A DNA stretch of 64,000 nt from Selaginella moellendorffii (lineage: Eukaryota > Plantae > Lycopodiophyta), in NCBI RefSeq assembly GCF_000143415.4, contig NW_003314317.1, forward strand, positions 1-64,000, given 5' to 3'. The translations under genes and the position numbers were made by a program. A model generated the notes under the pieces. That model did no database searches, was not told the origin of the DNA, and was given only the letters and a program-made list of their open reading frames with translations. Shown in pieces: positions 54,057 to 64,000 of this stretch (positions are counted from its first letter, which is position 1; the number at the start of each line of letters is the position of its first letter).

Positions 54057-54950
54057 CTAATTTTTGCCAAACAGCCCACTCAAGAACTTGGCCGACTTTA
54101 CAACCGGAGAGCTCGCCGCCACGCGATTGTAGAGCGCATTCTCCAGATCTTCCGGCGATGGCCGCCTACTCAGGCTCAACACGCAATCCATCTTGCTGCC
54201 TTCCTTCAAGAACACTCGCCATGGAGTGTTGAGCGGGACCTCCTTGAGCACCGCGCCTTCTTTCCTGCTCAAGAACACCCTGATCGAGAGAGGGATGAAG
54301 GAGTATGCGACCTGGAATGCATCACACGGCGCCACGAGCTCTTCCTCCAGCGACCACTCCGGATTGAGCACGACGATTGCCCTGCCCCCGGAACTCCCCA
54401 AGATTCTCCCCACCGGATCAATCTCGGCCGAGCCGGGAGCCACGATCAGCACAAACGCCGCGTCCTTGTGGATCGCAAAATCGTAATCGTCCTGGAGATT
54501 CTCGAGCTGGAGCTCTGGAAGAACCCTAGAATCGGCGCTGCGCCTCCTCTCCGCCTCGGCCGCCACGAATTCTTGCAGCAGCGCTGTCGGCAGCACGAGA
54601 CAGAGCTTGGAAACACCGGCATTGGCGAGCAGATCGAGCGCGAGCGATGCTAGGGTTCGGTCGTCGCCATCCAGGACTGGGATCTCGATCCGGAAGCGTG
54701 ACTGCTGCTGGATCTGGGCTTGGCTCTTGGAAATCTTCCGCAGCGTCGATGGCTCCGCGCGGCGCTTCAGCGGTGCCTCGAGAACCGCCCAGAGCGAAGC
54801 GCGCGCCTGCTCGATCGTCTCCTCCTTGCTAATCGGCGGCAAATTTCCTGCCCCATTCTTCAAACTTGCCCTACAAATCCAAGAAGAAGAACACGAAGGG
54901 GGCGATGAAGAAGAAAGGTTCGTCGATATAGGCATAGCAATTGCCGCCAT
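54057..54950 (-). CDS. DUF1995-type plastid protein, intronless
   Basis: Ser-rich transit peptide; PPISKEETIEQAR, RFRIEIPVLD, VVLNPEW, AYSFIPL, KEGAVLK, RRPS...LENALY. Confidence 0.8.
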   Translation of the reverse strand: MAAIAMPISTNLSSSSPPSCSSSWICRASLKNGAGNLPPISKEETIEQARASLWAVLEAPLKRRAEPSTLRKISKSQAQIQQQSRFRIEIPVLDGDDRTLASLALDLLANAGVSKLCLVLPTALLQEFVAAEAERRRSADSRVLPELQLENLQDDYDFAIHKDAAFVLIVAPGSAEIDPVGRILGSSGGRAIVVLNPEWSLEEELVAPCDAFQVAYSFIPLSIRVFLSRKEGAVLKEVPLNTPWRVFLKEGSKMDCVLSLSRRPSPEDLENALYNRVAASSPVVKSAKFLSGLFGKN

Positions 54951-55004
54951 AGCCAAGACCTTTGCAATCACGCCATGTGGCAAGAATAACTGTCCTGCGA
55001 TTGT

Positions 55005-55014
55005 GCCACGTGGC
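55005..55014. promoter_or_regulatory. Palindromic G-box (GCCACGTGGC) in the divergent DUF1995/BPS1-like promoter; another at 53064-53075
   Basis: Exact motif within a 220-bp head-to-head gap. Confidence 0.5.
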
Positions 55015-55170
55015 GATTTTCCATAGCATCCGACCGTTGGCAGGGTCAAACGCGTAACCGAGTGGCAAGAGCCCTAGGTCTTGATTCCTAGGCAGCGAGT
55101 CCACAAAATCGGCTACTGCGCGTTCCGCGGGATGATCTTCACGAGCTGAGAAACAGCTGGAAAGCTCGCC

Positions 55171-56058
55171 ATGGATCAGGCGCTCGCTCCTCTGTCCACA
55201 GGTATGGGATTCCTCAATCTCCACTGGATCTTGCAAGGCGTGGACGCGATGCTCGCGGCGCACGCCGATCTCCAGCGCCTGCTGCTGGAAGCGCTGGGAA
55301 TGCCGGGGAAGAGGGATCGCATTCTAGTCTCGGTGTTCGTGGATGACAACGCGAGGCAGCTCGAGACGATCAACGCTGTGAGGAAGGGTATGAGCGTAGC
55401 GGCGCAGCACAAGATGAGGATCAAGTACGCTCTCAATCTCGTCAAGAGCGCGGCGATCTCCAAGGAATTGGAAGTCGCCAGAGCAAAGATTTATCTGGAG
55501 GAAGTGATCGGCGAGATCGAGAGGAGCAGTGAGGTGAAGAACACGCATACAGGGAGCTGGCCACTCGATCAAGACAGCCACCATTACCGGAAGCTCAAGC
55601 TCGAGAAAAAGTCCAACATATCCACGATTGCAAGCAAAGCCATCGAGGCCAACTTGGTGAGCTCGCTGGTGCTGGGGGCGCTGCTGGCGGCCTTGGATTG
55701 CAGCGCGGGTCTCTCGATCACGACAGCGATCCCGATCCCAAAGAACTTATCGGGGGGATTTCCAAGTTTGTGGGAAGAGCTCAAGGAAGAGGCAGAGGCA
55801 AGGCGTGGGAATCGTTGTTCTTCGGCATTTCTGGAAGGGATTTGCTCGTGCTTGGGGCAGATCGCGGCGCTGCTGGATTCTTTGCTGCGGAACAAAGCGA
55901 CAAGAGACGATGACGAGCTCCAGATCAAGCAGCTCCTTCGGCTTGCGCACAAGAAGCTCGATTATCTCGACAGCGGCTTCCAGATTCTCGAGGAGCAAAT
56001 GGGCGATCTCTTCTCCAAGATGGTGGCAAACCGGAAGGAAATTCTCTCGATTGCGTGA
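55171..56058 (+). CDS. BPS1/DUF793-like helical protein, intronless
   Basis: N-terminal FLNLHWILQGVD; C-terminal LDSGFQILEEQMGDLFSKMVANRKEIL pattern. Confidence 0.6.
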   Translation: MDQALAPLSTGMGFLNLHWILQGVDAMLAAHADLQRLLLEALGMPGKRDRILVSVFVDDNARQLETINAVRKGMSVAAQHKMRIKYALNLVKSAAISKELEVARAKIYLEEVIGEIERSSEVKNTHTGSWPLDQDSHHYRKLKLEKKSNISTIASKAIEANLVSSLVLGALLAALDCSAGLSITTAIPIPKNLSGGFPSLWEELKEEAEARRGNRCSSAFLEGICSCLGQIAALLDSLLRNKATRDDDELQIKQLLRLAHKKLDYLDSGFQILEEQMGDLFSKMVANRKEILSIA

Positions 56059-56217
56059 CGATTCATATAGAAGAAACATCATGTGTAAAACCATTTGTAA
56101 ATTGATTGATTGCTTCGTCAAGATGGAAATATTCCTCTTGCATTGACTAGAATATGCGGCGCTAGTACTGAAATTTTTTAAGGGATCAAAGTTTTAGGGT
56201 TCCTGGAGGAATAGGCG

Positions 56218-57597
56218 ATGGGAGAAGGGATCACGGAGGTGGATCGGCTGGAGGCGCTGGTGGATGAAGGCGTCGGCGATGTCGCTCGCTATCTAGCTCT
56301 CATTCGCAAGCTCAAGCTGCGCAGATCTAGTAAGGTCGCCAAGCACGGGATGGAGCTGCTTAGAAATTCCAGCGCCAGGGCCAAGCTGGGAGCTGACGGT
56401 AAGGATGTGTTTCTTCGATCAGAGCGTTAAGGATGAAAATTTCTCCAAATGCCTGGCAGTCTGGACCGTGTACGAGCAGGTTGCGATCGCCGCATTGGAT
56501 TGTCAATGCTTGACCGCTGCAAAGGTAAGTTTTTCTTCATACTCTTCGATTGTTCTATGAGAGGTTTGGATTATTTTGCGTGATGGACAGGAGTGCATTG
56601 GAGCTTTGCTGAAGAAGTTCCCGGATAGCACTCGAGTGGGTGGGTGATGCAAATGTCATGCGTGTGCTTTTGTTGATGCGAGATTTTTCTGACAAATTCG
56701 GGTTTTGATCAGGGCGTCTGGAAGGAATGTGGTTTGAAGCAAGGGGATCGTGGCAACAAGCCGAGAAAGTCTATGCTAGCATTCTAGAGGAGCGCCCGAC
56801 TGATGCAGTAAGCTTAAAACCTCTTGTGGATTGCTCCAAGGTTTTTTAACTTTTGTGCCTTGTCCAGAGAATACTTAAGAGAAAGATAGCGATGGCAAAA
56901 GCTCAAGGAAACCTGATGGGTGCAGTTGATGAAATGAACAAATACCTTGAACTGTAAGCATTTTTTGTTTCCCGTTTTTCTTTTTTTGTTGATGCTTAGT
57001 TGTGTGTCAGGTTCATGGCCGATCACGAGTGCTGGAAAGAACTCGCAGACGTTTACCTCTCGTTGCAAATGTGAGTAGTCTTTCCGACGCGTTGAAATCT
57101 CTGAAAATGCCTTCCCAGGTACAAACAAGCTGCATTTTGCTACGAGGAACTCATCTTGGTACAACCCGCGAATGCTTTGTTTCACTTGGGGTATGCCGAG
57201 GTACGCGGTTTTGTGTGTGTGTGTGTGCTCAACAAAGTCTCAACCTTTTTGGTCTCGCATTTTGCCAGATTTTGTACACGATAGGTGGCTTGGAAAACTT
57301 GAAAACAGCCAAGAAATACTACGCATCGGCGATTGAGCTAAGCGGAGGCAAAAACATGCGAGCTCTCTACGGTGTTTGCCTCGTAAGTCCTGCAAAGGTT
57401 TTGAGATTGAAAAGACAAAAACCTCGGTCTCTTTCGTGCAGTGCGCTGCTGGGATCAACCAGGCCAAGGGCCGGAACATTAAAGACGAGAAAGAGAACTC
57501 TACCGTGCACACTCTCGCGGCCGACGTGATCAAAAGGGAATACAGATTGAAAGCTCCAAAGAAGGCCAGTTTGGCGGCTTGCATTTTGGAGGCTTGA
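56218..57597 (+). CDS. EMC2: ER membrane protein complex subunit 2 (TPR protein)
   Basis: YLALIRKLKLRRS, WTVYEQVAIAALDC, KKFPDSTRV, FMADHECWKELA, YKQAAFCYEEL, AKKYYASAIELSGGKNMRALYG. Confidence 0.93.
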
Positions 57598-58101
57598 CGA
57601 AGTGCTTAAAAGGCGAGGCTACCACTGGGAGAGAACAAATGGGTCGCTGGTAGCGATTTGTTTGATATATATCAAAGTATACTAATATATTCCTTGTTCG
57701 GATTCCAAAGTCTCATCCAATTTTCTTAATGCCAGACGGAATGTGCTGCTTGAGCTAGCGGAATATGTCTCTTTGTAGGCGGAATGTGCCAGGAATAAAG
57801 CAAGCCGCTGACGGAATATAATGACGTAATATGCTATGGAATCGTACGTGGCGCGCTGTGAGCCGTTGGATATGCATCCGACGGTCCATACGCGGACATG
57901 CAAAACCCCCCGGCCCGTGTTGTTTACTTCGAGGTTGAAGAGGAAGGGCCGTTTAGATCACAGGTCGAGAGCGCGCCTCGCTTTTTTTGGGCCGCGCCTA
58001 GCTAGGTAGGGATCGCGGCTTTAAATCTCTCGCTCCAGAGGTAATCTCATTCTTTGTCGGCGGCCTTGCAGATCCTCGCCGAGTTTTCGCTGCTTCTGCC
58101 A

Positions 58102-60078
<1,977 letters not shown>

Positions 60079-60781
60079 GAAAGAAACGCGGCCAGTTTTG
60101 TATGCGCTAGTGAAGGAGCTGACTACTTATATTTTTTCAAAGACACCACCAGTATGGATGGAAACTATGATTGTTACTGGAAATAAATCACACACACAAG
60201 ACGAACCATATGAAAATAAATCAATGCCGTGGAATGAAAAATGCCTTGCTTTCTCAATGGTTATGAAATTCAAAGAAAGATGATTGATTTGATTATAATT
60301 AAGTGGTAACTAAATTCCACAGCCATATTCTGGATAGCATTCAACTGTATTGTGACTATGAATGCTAAAGAATCTGGATGACCCAAGATCGGTCCTTGTA
60401 CAGTATAGCCTGGACATTCACATTGCTTAACAAATAGAGATCTAGCATGATTGCAATAGTTTCCTGTTAATTGGAAATGTCCTTCTAACATATATTCTAT
60501 ACCCCATGAAGCTCCAACTTCAGCTGTGAGAGAATAAAAGTATATTCACTCAAGATGCACCTTTCAAAGTGGATTGTCAAGATTGTTAAAGAAGATTACA
60601 CCTGATAGTTGTTGAAATGAAGGAGCTCAAGGAGCTGAGCTTATATTCACTACGCATCAAATGGAGTCATAATCTTAATCTCATAAGTAAAAATTAATTA
60701 GCATTCTTAATAAAAATAAGGGAGAACCAATAATTCTTTGTACATGTGTTAGAACTGTGATATAAATCGTACAAGGGATTG

Positions 60782-60952
<171 letters not shown>

Positions 60953-63093
60953 TCAGAGAAAACTAAAAGTCTAAAGTCTTAGATTAGAAATCCTTGACAG
61001 ATTTGCCAACTTACAACATGTTGGTTTGAGCAAAGTGTTTTGGCATAAAAGTTAACTATAAATAAAAGGGTTAACATAATTTTTATTTTTTAATTCACTA
61101 TCTACTATAATAATAATAATAATAACTAAAACAAGAACTTCCAAAGTGTGAGGAAAACTCTAGTGCAAACCCCAAAGTTAATGTGCTCTTCAAGGATTCA
61201 ACATTTCATTCTTTGAAATTCCTTCTTTTCTACAGGGCATACTATTAAAGAATATGGCAGTGATCTTTGAAGCCAGTGACTCTTTTGGTTGCTTCAAAAT
61301 GGCTGTGGGTGAGAACTATAATCTTTTCTTCATTTGGTTTTTATCACTTAGCCATGACTGTTTGTATTAATTCTTCCAGCTATAAATTCCATATGAAATA
61401 TGTAGCTATTGGTGCACTGGTTGGCAGGTGCAAAGGATGTGTGTGATGCTTAGAGATAGAAGCGTTTAGGTATTGCTTTAAGTCCAAGAAAGAAATATAA
61501 AGAATATTCTACAGCCTTGGAAATCTGGACATCTTGGCTGGCCTATATTCAATCTCATGTACTGGTATTTTTCTGTGGATGACAGAAGAGTGTGATATTG
61601 ATCCTAAAGAATATAGCATCAGGAATAACTACTGTAACAAGGAAAAGACACTTGATGATGACGTTGAGGAGTATATACACTAATTTATTGAAGTTTGGAG
61701 TGACATCAAGAGATAAACAATTCTTGCTTATCAAAAGATATCTTCGCATGGATCCTCAAGGTATGAATCAATCATATATTTATCATTACTACTGGTACAT
61801 TAAACATGTCAAAAACTATTGTATTGTAGAATGGAAATCATCACTATACTGTAACAACTAGGAGGTTAATAGTTGGTTAAAGTCATGGGAAACTTGTTGA
61901 TCTTGCAACCTTTAAGCAGGTTGACTTACTTAGAGTATCAAACCTAATCTAAATTCCACTTCAAATGTTTTATTTATCAAAAAGTTTGATGTAAACTAGT
62001 TATAAAAATTATGTAGGGATTTTATCTTTGGATGTGTATGCTTACAAGTTTTGCAATCTCTACCTTATTCTCATGGATATTTATAATGAGTTGCTAAAGT
62101 TGCAATGTTTTATCAAAGATTTTAGCTCCATGAATGTGCAAAAAAATGCCAAACAAGATTTTCTAGTGATGTTAATTAAAGCCCAGATATTTTTGCCATC
62201 AACTTGTCAATAAAGTAGTCAACATAATGATTATTTTTTTCTGAAATTTTTATGTAGAAGGATGTGTCATCTGTTGTAAGGCTTGGTCCATCCATGTTGA
62301 TCACCGAGAAATTGGATGCAGTCGGCCCTCCGATAGGAAAGCTGTTCTGGGCCATGCTTACGGCCCAGATCTTGTTGTTTCCCTAGTTGTCAGCTTTCAG
62401 TGGTGGCTACTTCTTGGCCTGTGCTCCGTGATTGTGCTGCTTTCAGTAAGGCTAGAGCTCGCTTCTGCTTCTGGAGCTTTTGCAAGGGTTTCTACATCGT
62501 CCAGTTTGGCATGAAGTTTGAGAAAGGCCTCATCTAGTGTGTGTCCAAGGGGGTCCTCCTCGGTCTTTTTCTGTCTCTTTGCTTTGCTGGCTGGGCTGGA
62601 CGCCTACAGTCTTGTTTCTGCCTCTGATGGCTGTGCTTTTCAATGTGGTCGTGGCGTGTGCTCTGCTGCCGTGGATGATTCGTTGATGTTCCACAAGCGC
62701 CAATTGCTGGTGAAAGTCTTCGAGATGTTTAGATACTGCGGTGCATAAGTGTACTTGCCCATGGTGGTCTAGCTCTTTGTCGAACTTCAACTGTTACCAC
62801 CACGGACCTGGTGTTTGTGGAGATGATTCGTCCTAAGTTGCAGAGTTTTGCTGTTTCGACATCCAGATTGCTCTCATTTGCCAAGAACTCACTATTTAGA
62901 GCTGTATTGCGGAGGGATTGTGGATGTGGAACTCGTCTCTCGTGGTCTCATTTCCTCTCGATTGAATCGTCTGGAAATGTTCTCTCTATAAATCCCGTGT
63001 AGTGACGTGTGGCCACCTGGCAATGGAAGATACTTTGAATATGCTTTCTTATTTTGCTGCCTCGATGCCGCGTCTGCTGGCTAGGTTTTGGCG

Positions 63094-64000
63094 ATGGCGC
63101 GTTCTTCGACCGATCGGAGGGCGGGAGCGCTGGGAGATTTCGATGCGCTCCCGGATGAGCTGCTGTGCTCGGTGCTTGGATTGCTGGAGCCGCGCGACAT
63201 TGGCGCCATGGCGTGTGTTAGCAGGTATGAAGTGACTGAGCTCTAGGCTCTAGCTCTAGCTTGATCTGTCCCGGTGTTTCAGTGTGTTCTATGTACTGTG
63301 CAATGAGGAGCCGCTGTGGATGCGGATTTGCCTGTCGAACCGAGAGCGCGTCGATTCTCTCGTTTACAAGGGCTCTTGGAAGAGGACTGCTATGAAAAAC
63401 AAGTATGTTTGCATGCACTTTTTTTCCGTTTTGTGTTCGCTAAAGTGCTTGGTTTTCTCATAGAACTGGAAAACTCAATGGCAAAATCGAGCAGCTACAA
63501 TTCAATGGTGGGGTTTTCTTCCATCTCTTCAAAGCTTGCTAAAGCTTGTTCTTACCTTTGTCCACAGGTTTCACCTCCTTATACCTTTATCGAAGGTGGT
63601 ATCGGTGCCATATGTCGCTCGAGAATTTCTTCTACGACGCTGGAGCTATTGAAAGACGGAAGGAACTCTCCTATGATGTCTTTGTACAAAACTACGATGT
63701 TCAGAAACCTGTATGTTTCGGTGAGTGTCCCTGCCGACAGAAATTCTCACAGATTTTCTTTTATGCATCAGGTTCTCTTGACTGATCTGGCTGAGGACTG
63801 GCCTGCGAGACGAACTTGGACGATAGACCAACTTGTCCATCGCTACGGTGACTCCGAGTTCAAAGTTTCTCAATCATACGGGCAAAGGATACGCATGACG
63901 CTGAAAGATTATGCTGATTATACGAGGTCCCAACATGATGAAGATCCGCTGTATATATTTGACTCTTCTGTAAGTTCTTGTATTCGAGTGGCAGTTCAGA
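63094..64000 (+). CDS. F-box + JmjC protein (At1g78280-like), truncated at the window end
   Basis: DRRAGALGDFDALPDELLC, ACVSSVFYVLCNEEPLW, GFTSLYLYRRWYRCH, QHDEDPLYIFD. Confidence 0.9.

Noticed and set aside
60960-62950. AT-rich region with short ORFs, possible transposon remnant
   Set aside because: No transposase, RT, LTR or TIR signature that I can identify by eye.

Overview
Gene-dense land-plant nuclear DNA with about 30 genes, very short introns (mostly 47-75 nt) and intergenic gaps often under 250 bp. This architecture plus an atypical PLS-PPR gene points to a lycophyte such as Selaginella (inference). Recognisable genes: GT92 glycosyltransferase, phototropin, class III peroxidase, PP2-A10-like, COQ6, TIC32-like SDR, DIVARICATA-like MYB, TauD/CAS-like and DOXC 2OG-dioxygenases, PPR, RING, GCK-III MAP4K, SSSCA1-like, plastid Hsp70, HisRS, Furry/PAG1, class-3 lipase, Endonuclease V, DUF1995, BPS1-like, EMC2, plastid GAPCp and an F-box/JmjC gene. 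Splicing by hand revealed three unusual genes that the ORF track fragments. (1) A 14-exon gene (33889-31566) in which ten consecutive symmetric phase-1 micro-exons precede a tandem two-domain retropepsin-like aspartic protease. (2) A secreted 146-aa precursor (49023-48456) carrying four CC-x6/7-C-x3-C units reminiscent of Ib-AMP polyprotein peptides. (3) A signal-peptide-bearing, highly divergent PEBP (FT/TFL1/MFT fold; 9888-9313) with a decayed copy 12 kb away. Also present: a plastid SecA fragment bracketed by direct repeats, two convergent genes sharing one CTAG for their stop codons, and five GC-AG introns. All gene models are manual predictions with no transcript or database support.
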